DNA of 32,336 nt from Verrucomicrobiales bacterium (GTDB lineage: Bacteria; Verrucomicrobiota; Verrucomicrobiia; Verrucomicrobiales; V1-33): the NCBI GenBank assembly GCA_031411295.1, contig JANOAV010000110.1:1-32336 (forward strand), in the 5' to 3' direction. Both the position numbers and the translations under genes were made by a program. Positions 9,390 through 18,973 of the stretch are shown piece by piece. Each line of letters begins with the position of its first letter. Positions within the stretch are counted from its first letter, which is position 1. The notes under the pieces are model-generated. The model saw only the letters and a program-made list of their open reading frames with translations, made no database searches and had not been told where the DNA came from.

Positions 9390-10521
9390 CGTAGTTCATG
9401 TTCTTTATTCCGGAGTCGGTGGCGAAGCCGGAGTTGTCTTCCCCTTGGCCAAGGCCGGAGCCAGCCAAGCCAACCAGCACGCCATCTTCTACGGCATTGA
9501 ACCCCTTGCGCAAGCCAACATCGACACCTGTCACGCGCTGGGCATGCAGCACTATGGCGTGCTCAAACAACCCGGCCTGGATCTGGCCGCGCAAGCCGCC
9601 ATCACGAATCAGATTGTGGAACTCCAGCCCAGCATGGTCATCGTGCACACCCTGTCCACCCTGCCCGCCGTGCTGCGCGCCAAACGACGGGTGCCGGGGA
9701 TGCGAGTCGTGGCGGTGGAACACCATCCCAATGTCCTCAAGTGCAAGAAGCGGTGGCTGCTCGGGCTGCTGGCACTTTACCGCGCAGATCACACCGTTTA
9801 CCTAACGGAAACTTACCGTCGGGAAATCGCTCAAAAATACGGTCCGCTTTACCGCCTGCGCGCTCTTCGCACTCACGTCATTGGCAACAGCCTGGACCTC
9901 TCCGCCTATCCGCTGAGCCAACCGGATCCCACCAAACCATTTACCGTCGGCATGCAAGGACGCATGGTGGAAGCCAAGGACTTCCCCACCCTGCTGCGCG
10001 CCTTGCAGCTTGCTAATCAGAACAACGCCAACCCCATGCATCTGGCTCTGGCAGGCGATGGGCCGCTGCGTCCGCAAATTGAAGCGCTCGCCACTGAACT
10101 CAATATCACTCATCAGATCACGTTCCACGGCATGCTCACCGCTGCCGAACTAATCCAACAAATGAGCACTTGGAGCGCTTACGCCCACTCCACCAACGGA
10201 GAGACCATGAGCATTTCCATCATGGAAGCCAAAGCCTGCGGCCTGCCCATGGTCGTCAGCGATGCCCCTGGCGTCACCAATTTCTTCCACCATGGCGAAA
10301 ACGGTCTCGTCGCAAAGAAGGGCGACGCCCAAGCGCTCGCCACCGCCCTGGTCAAACTACAGAGCGATCCCAGCCTGCGCACCAAACTCAGCGCCAATGC
10401 CAGACACGAAGCCCAACTGCGCTACTCCTCAGAGCAAGCCTGGGCCGCCTATGCCTCGCTGGGACAACTTCATGCTTCGCCCGAATTGGCAACCATCGCC
10501 ACCGCCATCCCTGCCCACTAA
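9373..10521 (+). CDS. Glycosyltransferase family 4
   Basis: GRMVEAKDFPTLLRA, AGDGPLR and ETMSISIMEAKACGLP (EX7E) motifs. Confidence 0.88.
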   Translation: MPSLPNVVHVLYSGVGGEAGVVFPLAKAGASQANQHAIFYGIEPLAQANIDTCHALGMQHYGVLKQPGLDLAAQAAITNQIVELQPSMVIVHTLSTLPAVLRAKRRVPGMRVVAVEHHPNVLKCKKRWLLGLLALYRADHTVYLTETYRREIAQKYGPLYRLRALRTHVIGNSLDLSAYPLSQPDPTKPFTVGMQGRMVEAKDFPTLLRALQLANQNNANPMHLALAGDGPLRPQIEALATELNITHQITFHGMLTAAELIQQMSTWSAYAHSTNGETMSISIMEAKACGLPMVVSDAPGVTNFFHHGENGLVAKKGDAQALATALVKLQSDPSLRTKLSANARHEAQLRYSSEQAWAAYASLGQLHASPELATIATAIPAH

Positions 10522-10526
10522 CGGAT

Positions 10527-11588
10527 ATGAATTCACTCCACCAGCAAATTGCCAAACTCACCCGACTCACCGGCATGACCGCCCTGAGCCGGAAATTCTT
10601 GTCACCCGGCCTCAGCATCCTGATGTTTCACGGCCTCACGAAGCAACGCCACACCGGCGTGGAGAACGCTTACAACCTCCACATCGACGAGACCTTGTTC
10701 GCAGATCTGTGCCGCATTCTAAGCCGAGACTACAACGTTATTTCGCTGGCAGAGGCCGTCAAGGTGATCTCCGACCAAGCACCGTTGCCGAGAAATTCCG
10801 TGGTGCTTACCTTCGATGATGGTTACGCTTCAAACTATCATTTGGCGTATCCGCTGCTGGCGCAGCATCAACTCCCTGCCACCATCTTTGTGGCCACAGA
10901 TTTCGTGCACAACAACGTTTACCTCTGGCCGGATCGGTTGGAATACGCCCTACAAAACACTACCTCTGTAGAACTTGCACTTCCGTTCACCAAGGAATCG
11001 CAATCGTTTCCAATCGCCACCATCAGCGAGAAACGTCACGCCTGCGACCTAGTATCGCAGCATCTCAAGAGCCTCCCTCAGGAAAATGTTTATGCGGCCA
11101 TGGAGCAGATCGAAACTCACTTGGGGGTCTCCCTCAACACCGCCGAGCACGTCCCCGCCATTTACCAACCGCTGAACTGGGAACAGTGCCGGGAGATGCT
11201 GGCATCCCAACTCATCACGTTAGGCGGCCACACGCACCGCCATCTCATTCTCGGTCGTTGCACAGAAGCTACTGCCAGAGCAGAACTCACGCTCAACGCT
11301 GATTTACTAGCCGCCAACACGGGGGTGCGTCCCACGTTGTTCGCTTATCCAAATGGGAAACCAGAGGATTACAACGCCACCACCGTGCAACTATTACAGG
11401 AGTTGGGCTACCAAGGTTCAGTCACCACGACGCATTCCTTCGTCCAATCGGCAGACCATCCCGACGTCATGGCGCTGCCGCGCTTCGGTCATTCTGAAAG
11501 TGCTGCGCAGTTGGATTTCGTCGCTTCTGGCCTGTCCCATTTCATCAAACGCACCGTGTCCTCACGGCCCAAGGCCGCCCTAGCCTAG
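10527..11588 (+). CDS. Polysaccharide deacetylase (CE4/NodB-like, with internal insertion)
   Basis: ILMFHG, VLTFDDGY, ATIFV, GGHTHRH and FAYPNG motifs; ATG 6 nt after the upstream stop. Confidence 0.88.
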   Translation: MNSLHQQIAKLTRLTGMTALSRKFLSPGLSILMFHGLTKQRHTGVENAYNLHIDETLFADLCRILSRDYNVISLAEAVKVISDQAPLPRNSVVLTFDDGYASNYHLAYPLLAQHQLPATIFVATDFVHNNVYLWPDRLEYALQNTTSVELALPFTKESQSFPIATISEKRHACDLVSQHLKSLPQENVYAAMEQIETHLGVSLNTAEHVPAIYQPLNWEQCREMLASQLITLGGHTHRHLILGRCTEATARAELTLNADLLAANTGVRPTLFAYPNGKPEDYNATTVQLLQELGYQGSVTTTHSFVQSADHPDVMALPRFGHSESAAQLDFVASGLSHFIKRTVSSRPKAALA

Positions 11589-11614
11589 TCAACCTTTCAG
11601 CCAACGCCATCGCC

Positions 11615-12724
11615 ATGACCACTCCCATCACCATTCTCCATCTCATCTCCACCCTGGGCCCAGGCGGGGCCGAGGTGATGCTGTGCAATTTGGTGGAAGG
11701 CTCGCCAGATGGATTCCGCCATGTCATCGTCACTACCTCCACGGCCAACACGCCATCTGTCACCGAGCGGATCACGAAGTCCGCTGCCGCTTGCCACCAT
11801 CTGGCCACCGATAGTATTCTCTCCGGATCCGTTATCAAGAGCATCTGTGAAATCGTCCACCAAGAGCAACCACAAATCATCCAAACCTGGCTGCACAAAG
11901 CCGATCTCGCAGGAGCCATCGTCGGCCAACGCACCGGGGTTCCGGTGGTTTGGGGGCTGCATTCATTGCGTCCATTTGCGCTGACGCAAATGAAGGCGCT
12001 GGCGCTGAATTCAGCCTTGGCAGCCGCCTCCCGACTCTGGCCAACCAAAATCATTTCCTGTTCCCAACGCGGCATCATGGCCCATGCCCGCCGCGGTTAT
12101 CCCAAACAGAAGATGGTCTGGATCGGCAATGGCATCGATACGAATCGCTTTCAGCCCAATGCCAACGCACGCGAAACACTGCGCGCCTCGCTGGGAATTC
12201 CTAACGATGCTACCGTCATCGGCTTCGTGGGTCGCGATGCGCCAGTGAAAGATTTCCCCACCTTCCTTGATGCTGCCGCCCTGCATTTAATGGAGTTCCC
12301 CAACACCCATTTTGTCTGCTGCGGAACTCCCCCTGCTGCCGCTGCTGCTTTCCCGGCCACGGATCACATCCATTTTATTCCCTTCCGTCAGGACATGCAT
12401 TTGGTCTATCCTGCCTTTGATTTCCTGACCTTAACCTCCCTCTCCGAAGCCTTTCCCATGGTCCTGATCGAAGCCATGGCATGCGGCGTGGGCTGCACCG
12501 CCACGGATGTGGGCGACGCAGCCCTGATCATCGGAGACCAACGGTTCATCGCCCCCGTGGGTGACGCCAGCAAGATTTCCGAAACTTGGAAGGCACGACG
12601 CCTGGCACCGGCCGATGCCACCCGGCAACGCGCTGCGATCACCGAACGCTTCAGCCTCCCAGCCACCGTCGGCAAATACACCGACCTCTACCAGAGCATC
12701 CTTTCCACTCCATCCTTCCTTTAA
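11615..12724 (+). CDS. Glycosyltransferase family 4 (WbnK-like)
   Basis: GGAEVML, IQTWLHKAD, NGIDT, VGRDAPVKD and TSLSEAFPMVLIEAMACG motifs. Confidence 0.9.
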   Translation: MTTPITILHLISTLGPGGAEVMLCNLVEGSPDGFRHVIVTTSTANTPSVTERITKSAAACHHLATDSILSGSVIKSICEIVHQEQPQIIQTWLHKADLAGAIVGQRTGVPVVWGLHSLRPFALTQMKALALNSALAAASRLWPTKIISCSQRGIMAHARRGYPKQKMVWIGNGIDTNRFQPNANARETLRASLGIPNDATVIGFVGRDAPVKDFPTFLDAAALHLMEFPNTHFVCCGTPPAAAAAFPATDHIHFIPFRQDMHLVYPAFDFLTLTSLSEAFPMVLIEAMACGVGCTATDVGDAALIIGDQRFIAPVGDASKISETWKARRLAPADATRQRAAITERFSLPATVGKYTDLYQSILSTPSFL

Positions 12725-12727
12725 ATT

Positions 12728-13480
12728 ATGCGCCTCATCGCCCCGATCCTCGCCTACCATTCCGTGCATCCTGACCGCAAGGATGTCATCAATGTATCCC
12801 CCGCACGTTTCGCCCAGCACATGCAGTGGCTGGCGGATCGAGGGTATCGGGGCGTAAGCCTGCGCGACTATCGGGCCGCGCAAGCCCGTTCGGAAGCGGA
12901 AGCCTCCAAGCTCGTCGCCATCACCTTCGACGATGGCTATCTCGACAACTTGGAACACGCCTGGCCAGTCCTCCAGCGCCTTGGGTTTGGTGCCACCATC
13001 TTCGTCGTCCCCAGCCGCGTTGGCTCGGACATGGTGCATGATGAAGCGTGGCTCACGCAATACCCCGACGTGCCCGCCAGTGCTTATAAATACATGAATT
13101 GGGAGCACATCCGCGCCCTGCACGACTTCGGGGTTGAGATAGGAGCCCACACCATCACCCACCCGCTACTGGATGAAATCTCCTCCACGCGCCAGGAGCA
13201 CGAAATCATTCAATCGCGCGCGTTCATCGAGAAACTCATTGAACACCCCGTGACCTCTTTCTGTTATCCGGCTGGGCATTTCGATGACAACTGCCTGCAT
13301 TACGTGGCCGAAGCCGGTTATGACCAAGCCGTCGTCACGCCCTATAAAGGCGGCCAAATCCGGGGTGGAAAATACACCCTGAAACGCGCGGGACTCTATC
13401 GCGATGATACCCTGGCGCGCTTCATTTTCAAAGTCTCCCCACTCTTCGATCTCTTCCGTGCCGTGCGCCATGCAGCTTAA
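12728..13480 (+). CDS. Polysaccharide deacetylase (CE4/NodB-like, short form)
   Basis: PILAYHSV, AITFDDGYLDN, GAHTITHP and FCYPAG motifs. Confidence 0.9.
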   Translation: MRLIAPILAYHSVHPDRKDVINVSPARFAQHMQWLADRGYRGVSLRDYRAAQARSEAEASKLVAITFDDGYLDNLEHAWPVLQRLGFGATIFVVPSRVGSDMVHDEAWLTQYPDVPASAYKYMNWEHIRALHDFGVEIGAHTITHPLLDEISSTRQEHEIIQSRAFIEKLIEHPVTSFCYPAGHFDDNCLHYVAEAGYDQAVVTPYKGGQIRGGKYTLKRAGLYRDDTLARFIFKVSPLFDLFRAVRHAA

Positions 13481-13492
13481 AATCCCTGCTTT

Positions 13493-14683
13493 ATGAATCA
13501 GAAACTAACCATTCTCCATGTGATTACCGGCACCCAAATCGGCGGAGCCGAAATGATGCTGTGCCGCCTGCTCGAAGCCATGGATCATGAGGCCTTCGAG
13601 TGCCACGTCGTTTGCCTGGGGCCGCGCGGACCGCTGGCAGAGCGCGTCATTCAAAGCGGAGCCAGTCTCAAGTGCCTCGACTTGGGAGGTCCTCTCACCT
13701 TCCCGCGGGGCCTCTGGCAACTGGGCCGGATCATGCGGAAACTCCGTCCAGATGCCGTCCACACATGGATGTATCATGCGGATTTACTCGGCGGTCTGGC
13801 CGCAAAATTTTGCGGAGGCAATCCTCCGGTGACCTGGGCGCTGCATCATAGTAACGCCGCCGGCGGAATGAAGCGCAGCACGCAATTAATCGTGAAACTC
13901 CTCGCCAAATTGAGCGACTCGGTTCCCACGAAAATCGTTAGTTGCTCCACCGCCTCCACGCAGGAACATGCCAAGCTTGGATACGACAGCAGCAAATTCG
14001 AACTCATCTTCAATGGTGCGGATGCTCAAGTCTTCAAACCCGATGCCGAAGCACGAGCACTCTTGCGTGAAACCCGCGGCATCCCGACCGACGCTCCCAC
14101 CGTGGGATTTGTCGGCCGCTGTGTGCCAGTGAAGGATTTGTCGACCTTCCTCAAGGCCGCCGCCATCGTGCAAAAGCAATTGCCGGAAGCACACTTCATT
14201 CTCTGTGGACCGAACCTCGACGACGCTCCTGCCGGCGTGCATGAGGCGATGCAAGCGCTCCCCTACCCCGGCCAACTACGGTTACTCGCCTTCCGGGCAG
14301 ACGTCGCCAAAGTCTATCCGGCATTTGATTTACTCGCACTAACTTCGCTTTCTGAAGCCTGCCCCATGTCCCTCATCGAAGCCATGAGTTGTGGGGTTCC
14401 TTGCGCCTCCACCGATGTGGGAGATGCGGCCTTTATCATCAATCGCCCTGAGGCCATCGCTCCTGCCGGAGATGCCGCAAAAGTGGCTGCCACCTGGTTG
14501 GCTGCGCTCAGCATGAGCGGTGAAGCGCGAGCCGAACTCAGTGCCGCCGCCCGGCAACGTGCGGAAGCCGTGTTCAGCCTCAGCGCTTGTGTCAGTCGCT
14601 ATCAATCGCTCTACCGAAACCTCGCCAACGTCCAGACCGCCCCAGAACCTGTCACCCTCCGCGAAAGCAACGTTATGCCATGA
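13493..14683 (+). CDS. Glycosyltransferase family 4 (WbnK-like), paralog of 11615-12724
   Basis: GGAEMML, VHTWMYHADLLGG, VGRCVPVKD and TSLSEACPMSLIEAMSCG motifs. Confidence 0.9.
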   Translation: MNQKLTILHVITGTQIGGAEMMLCRLLEAMDHEAFECHVVCLGPRGPLAERVIQSGASLKCLDLGGPLTFPRGLWQLGRIMRKLRPDAVHTWMYHADLLGGLAAKFCGGNPPVTWALHHSNAAGGMKRSTQLIVKLLAKLSDSVPTKIVSCSTASTQEHAKLGYDSSKFELIFNGADAQVFKPDAEARALLRETRGIPTDAPTVGFVGRCVPVKDLSTFLKAAAIVQKQLPEAHFILCGPNLDDAPAGVHEAMQALPYPGQLRLLAFRADVAKVYPAFDLLALTSLSEACPMSLIEAMSCGVPCASTDVGDAAFIINRPEAIAPAGDAAKVAATWLAALSMSGEARAELSAAARQRAEAVFSLSACVSRYQSLYRNLANVQTAPEPVTLRESNVMP

Positions 14684-16380
14684 ACTCAAAATCCCCGCTC
14701 CGTCCCGCGCTCGCAGCCTTGCTGCTGGCCGTCCCTGCGCTTGCTCATGGCAGCCTCGCGCTCTGGTCTGCACCCAGTATGGAGCGAATTTCCCGAACGG
14801 CCCCACCGCGTTCGGCGGATGTCATCACCCTAACCGGAGCCCGCAATGCTTGGGAGTCTGTGCAAATCATCGTGCACGCCACCGCCGCTGAACAAGCGCA
14901 GGCAAATTTTGTCATCACGCCATTTATCTCCACCGATGGCAGTCAACTGCCGCCCGCTCAGCTGTATCAGCAAGGCTATGTCAAAGTCACCACCGCCTCA
15001 CCCCACTCGCCATTGGGAGTAGGCGAATACCCCGATGCGCTGATCCCAGCAGCGGATGCGAAACCCAGCAAAGACTACTTTCCTGGCGCCTACAATCAAC
15101 CATGGTGGCTGGAACAATTCATTCCCGCCAATGCCACGCCGGGACTGTATCGCGCCAGCGTGACTTGCCGAGACCGTGAAAATGAACGCACCCTTGAACT
15201 CGAATTGACCGTCTGGCCCTTCACCCTGCCAGATCGCACCACCCTGCGTTCCTCATTCGGAGCCAACTGGTGCCGGGTCGCAGAGATCCATCATTTACCC
15301 GCTTACGCTAGTTCCAGCGTCCTTCGTGCTAAAGTTCGCGAGTATCAAACCGTGCTCGCAGCACACCGTCTGACCCCGGAACCCATGTATCCTGACATGG
15401 ATGTCGCTTCCGATGGATCGATTAAATCCTTTCCCATCGAAGAGTTGCGTCCCTACTTCGAGGAACTGCACGCCACTTCCTTTGCCCTCCCCATCTGCGC
15501 CCACTGGCCATTCGCAGACCCGTTAGGGAAACATCGCGCGGCCACCATCAACTATCTCGCCAACGTGATTCAAGCAATGCATAAAAAGGGCTGGTCGCGT
15601 GGGTGCTTCGTGGATTGTCCAGTGGATGAACCCGCCAGCGCCAAAGCCTACGCTGAAGTCCGCGCCTGGGGCACCCTCTGTCACGCCGCCGCCGAAAGGA
15701 GCGGCCTGGCGGTGCCGCTGCTGTGCACCATTTCCCCCACCCTGCATGATGAATGGGGATCGCTCATCCACTCCGTCGATACCTGGGTGCCCAGCGTGGG
15801 AGACATCTTACTCGATTCCCAAGCCCCCAGTTCCATAATCAAAAGTCGCCAAGCGGAAGGCGAAATCGTGTGGGCTTATACCGCCATGGTCAACTATCCT
15901 GACACGTTTTCCGAACAACATCCAGAGAACCCCATCGATCATCACCCGCCCACTTGGCTGATTGACTATGCCCCGATGAACTACCGCATCATGGCGTGGC
16001 ACTGTGCCGCCCACCACTGGCAGGGCTTACTTTACTGGGACACGATCCACTGGGGAGACGAGGCCGATCCCTGGCAGGATCCTGCCACTTTCACGGAACC
16101 CGGCCGCGTTTACAATGGTGACGGATGCCTGTTCTATCCCAGCCCCAAAGGTCCGCTGGCATCCCTGCGGATGAAGTGGTTGCGCCAAGGCATGGAGGAC
16201 CACTGCCTCCTAGAGCTAGCCCGCCAGGCCGGACTCAAGGATCTGGTGCAGCGTGAACTCCAACGGGTGGCCCCCGGCATTGCCGATTGGTCCGCCGATC
16301 CAAAAGTATTAAACGAAGCACGTCTTCGCATCGGCAATGCGCTAGCCGCCCTCAGCAGCCACCAAACCGCCAAGCAATAA
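14680..16380 (+). CDS. Exported DUF4091 / GH123-like putative glycoside hydrolase
   Basis: ATGA overlap with the upstream stop; signal peptide; ARNAWESVQ, YPDALIP, DEP, GLLYW, NGDGCLFYP and SLRMKWLRQGMEDH motifs typical of DUF4091 proteins. Confidence 0.75.
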   Translation: MNSKSPLRPALAALLLAVPALAHGSLALWSAPSMERISRTAPPRSADVITLTGARNAWESVQIIVHATAAEQAQANFVITPFISTDGSQLPPAQLYQQGYVKVTTASPHSPLGVGEYPDALIPAADAKPSKDYFPGAYNQPWWLEQFIPANATPGLYRASVTCRDRENERTLELELTVWPFTLPDRTTLRSSFGANWCRVAEIHHLPAYASSSVLRAKVREYQTVLAAHRLTPEPMYPDMDVASDGSIKSFPIEELRPYFEELHATSFALPICAHWPFADPLGKHRAATINYLANVIQAMHKKGWSRGCFVDCPVDEPASAKAYAEVRAWGTLCHAAAERSGLAVPLLCTISPTLHDEWGSLIHSVDTWVPSVGDILLDSQAPSSIIKSRQAEGEIVWAYTAMVNYPDTFSEQHPENPIDHHPPTWLIDYAPMNYRIMAWHCAAHHWQGLLYWDTIHWGDEADPWQDPATFTEPGRVYNGDGCLFYPSPKGPLASLRMKWLRQGMEDHCLLELARQAGLKDLVQRELQRVAPGIADWSADPKVLNEARLRIGNALAALSSHQTAKQ

Positions 16381-16381
16381 C

Positions 16382-17512
16382 ATGCCCGACAAACCTCCAT
16401 CGGACCGGCTCTACATCATCGACCTGCTGCGCTTTGCGGCGGCCTGCGGAGTAACCATCTATCACTTTGCCTTTCATCAATGGGCGCTGGAACACAGCTC
16501 CCCCGCAGAGTTTCCTGAGATCGCCCATTGGGCGGCCTACGAATGTCTGGCGGTTCCGCTTTTCTTCATGATTAGCGGCTTCGTCATCACCCACTCCATG
16601 CAAGGCAAGACCGCAGTGCAATTTGCCTGGGGCCGCTTCATTCGCTTGTATCCCACCTTTTGGATCTGTGCCATTATCACCTTCATTGGAATGCACTTTG
16701 CGGGCCCTGTCATTGGCTGGGATGGTCGTAGTTTCAACCCCATGAATTGGTGGCAGGATGAGCATCAATCCCGGACCCTACTGGCAAATCTCACCATGCT
16801 CCCACGCTATTTGCATCAACCATTTCTGGATAATCCTTACTGGTCTCTTCAGGAAGAAATGCGCTTCTACGCCATGATGTTGGTGCTGCTGGCATGCAAA
16901 CGCGGCTACGCTCTGATTCCCTTCGCATCCGCTTGGTTGGTGCTGTCTATCATCGATTGGTTCCACGAATTGCGTTACTTCCATTCGTATTTCGCCTTGG
17001 AAAACACTCCGTTCTTCGTAGCCGGCATGGTCTTCTCCGCGATCTACAAGCGTGGTTGGAAATGGTCGGATCTGCCGCTCCTGATGGCTTCCTACATCCT
17101 CGGGTGCGTTCGTAGCATCAAGGATTTACACCAGGATATCACCGATCGAGGCTGGGAGGTCAACCCTGTGATCATTTCTCTGGTCCTCGCTGCTGGCTTC
17201 CTGCTCTTCGCTGGGATCGCTTTGCGAAAGCTCACCATTCGGACTCCGCGCGCTTGGATCACCGCCTGTGGTGGCATCACCTATCCACTTTACCTGCTGC
17301 ATAACAACTTGGGCATGACCCTGTTTGTGAACTTTCCAGGCGTCAATCGTTGGGTGATGCTGGTGGGATTATTACTGGGCTTCTCCGGCTTGGCCTATCT
17401 CATCTGGCGCTATGGTGAATTGCCTCTACAGCGTGTTCTCCAGGGATGCTTCCGCCGCTCCAAACTCCCAGCCTCATCGGAACTCAAGCATGCTTCATCC
17501 ATCATCCACTAG
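16382..17512 (+). CDS. Acyltransferase family 3 (OafA/YrhL-like membrane O-acyltransferase)
   Basis: IDLLRFAAA, FFMISGFVI, RFIRLYP, YWSLQEEMRFY and ITYPLYLLH motifs. Confidence 0.9.
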   Translation: MPDKPPSDRLYIIDLLRFAAACGVTIYHFAFHQWALEHSSPAEFPEIAHWAAYECLAVPLFFMISGFVITHSMQGKTAVQFAWGRFIRLYPTFWICAIITFIGMHFAGPVIGWDGRSFNPMNWWQDEHQSRTLLANLTMLPRYLHQPFLDNPYWSLQEEMRFYAMMLVLLACKRGYALIPFASAWLVLSIIDWFHELRYFHSYFALENTPFFVAGMVFSAIYKRGWKWSDLPLLMASYILGCVRSIKDLHQDITDRGWEVNPVIISLVLAAGFLLFAGIALRKLTIRTPRAWITACGGITYPLYLLHNNLGMTLFVNFPGVNRWVMLVGLLLGFSGLAYLIWRYGELPLQRVLQGCFRRSKLPASSELKHASSIIH

Positions 17513-18605
17513 GAGTGCCTCCTTATTCCAACTCTCGTTGGTGGACACCCGCCCCGGCTTCCTGGCCTTGGCTGGCGAGTGGAACGCCCTCCTGCAAACA
17601 ACCAGTGCGGACGGCATCTTCCTAACTTGGGAATACCTTTCTACTTGGTGGGAAGTCTATGGTGAAAATTACCAACCCTGCTTGATTCTGGCACGAAATG
17701 AAATCGGTCAACTCATCGGCATCGCTCCCTTTGCCATCGGGCCTGGCGGCGGCCTTCGACGCTACTTGCGGCAACTTTCCTTCTTGGGTGGAGAATGCGA
17801 ATCATTGGCCGAACGACAGGATTTCATTGTCGCCTCCGGTCACGAACAACAGTTTGGCAGGGCGTGTTGGGAACTGCTGCAGCACCATCGGGGCTGGGAC
17901 GTGTTGCGTCTCGATTACGCCCGCAATTCATCTGCGCTCCAGGCATTTACCACCGCCGCAGACCAAGCCGGCTATGCCATCTCGGAACAGCATCGCCCGA
18001 CTTGGGTCGCTTCTCTTCCCGCTTCATGGGAACAATTTCTCGCCACCCGGTCCAGCAAGTTCCGCGAGATGACCCGCAAGAAACTGCGTAAACTGCAATC
18101 CGGACATACCGTAAAATTTCACACCGTGGATGATTCCTCGCCTGAACTTCCCGGAGCCATGGATCTACTCATGCAGCTCAACCACCAGCGCTGGCAGGAG
18201 GCCAATCGCAGTTTCCACACGCCTCGCTTCCGGGAGTTCCACCGCAAACTCGCCCCTCGCTTCGCCCAGCGTGGATGGCTCTCGCTCAACCTGTTGGAAA
18301 TTGACGGGAACATAAGCGCTGCGCGATACGATTTCCGATATCAAGGGCAACTCTGGGGCTTCCAATCCGGCTGGACCAGCCAACACGCCGATCGCTCGGT
18401 CGGCCATTTGGCCCTCGCCTACACCATGCAGCAGGCCATTTCTCAAGGCGTTACGGAGTTCGATTTTCAAGCAGGTTCAGCCGCCTACAAAGAGCAGTGG
18501 GCAGAACCAGGTGAACCCCTCATGGAAATAGAAATCATCAATGCGAATCCTCTGCGAGCCCACTTCTACGGGCTTGCCAGACAATTCCTGCAAAATTTAG
18601 GCTAA
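17490..18605 (+). CDS. GNAT-family acetyltransferase, CelD/BcsL-like (Acetyltransf_6)
   Basis: EWNALL...FLTWEYLSTWW, LPASWEQFL, FHRKLA and FDFQAGSAAYKEQW motifs. Start is uncertain. Confidence 0.85.
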   Translation: MLHPSSTRSASLFQLSLVDTRPGFLALAGEWNALLQTTSADGIFLTWEYLSTWWEVYGENYQPCLILARNEIGQLIGIAPFAIGPGGGLRRYLRQLSFLGGECESLAERQDFIVASGHEQQFGRACWELLQHHRGWDVLRLDYARNSSALQAFTTAADQAGYAISEQHRPTWVASLPASWEQFLATRSSKFREMTRKKLRKLQSGHTVKFHTVDDSSPELPGAMDLLMQLNHQRWQEANRSFHTPRFREFHRKLAPRFAQRGWLSLNLLEIDGNISAARYDFRYQGQLWGFQSGWTSQHADRSVGHLALAYTMQQAISQGVTEFDFQAGSAAYKEQWAEPGEPLMEIEIINANPLRAHFYGLARQFLQNLG

Positions 18606-18614
18606 CCCAGCGGA

Positions 18615-18773
18615 TCAATGTTTGGCGTGATCCTGAGGCTTGTGATCGCAGCCGCAGCCATGGCCGCAGCCGCCGGACTTCTTGCCCTTGGCTTTCACGA
18701 CAATAAACGCGGCAAAGGTCACCACGATAACAGCGATGGCGATGATGGCTTGGTAATCAGTAGAGGCGGGCAT
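18615..18773 (-). CDS. 52-aa single-TM Cys/His-rich microprotein (resembles FeoB-associated Cys-rich membrane proteins)
   Basis: Hand translation: MPASTDYQAIIAIAVIVVTFAAFIVVKAKGKKSGGCGHGCGCDHKPQDHAKH*. It has a TM helix, a basic patch and a CGHGCGC tail. It is below the ORF-track length cutoff. Confidence 0.75.
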   Translation of the reverse strand: MPASTDYQAIIAIAVIVVTFAAFIVVKAKGKKSGGCGHGCGCDHKPQDHAKH

Positions 18774-18973
18774 AGAGCAAATTTAAGTTTAGGGTGTGGG
18801 GTATCCTCATCCATGGGCCGAGAGATGCAAGCCCCGCGTAGATCACATATACGCGCGCAGATCACCTACAATCGAACAGCCGCACCACCTTCTTGGATGT
18901 CCGCAGCCCTCCACGTTCTAGCTTGCCAAGCGGCTCAGGAACACGCATGCTCCGCCCGCACCCCAATCAATTT

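Noticed and set aside
18835..18855. CGCGTA-N9-TACGCG palindrome in the divergent intergenic region
   Set aside because: Six-bp arms are too short to distinguish from chance without comparative data.
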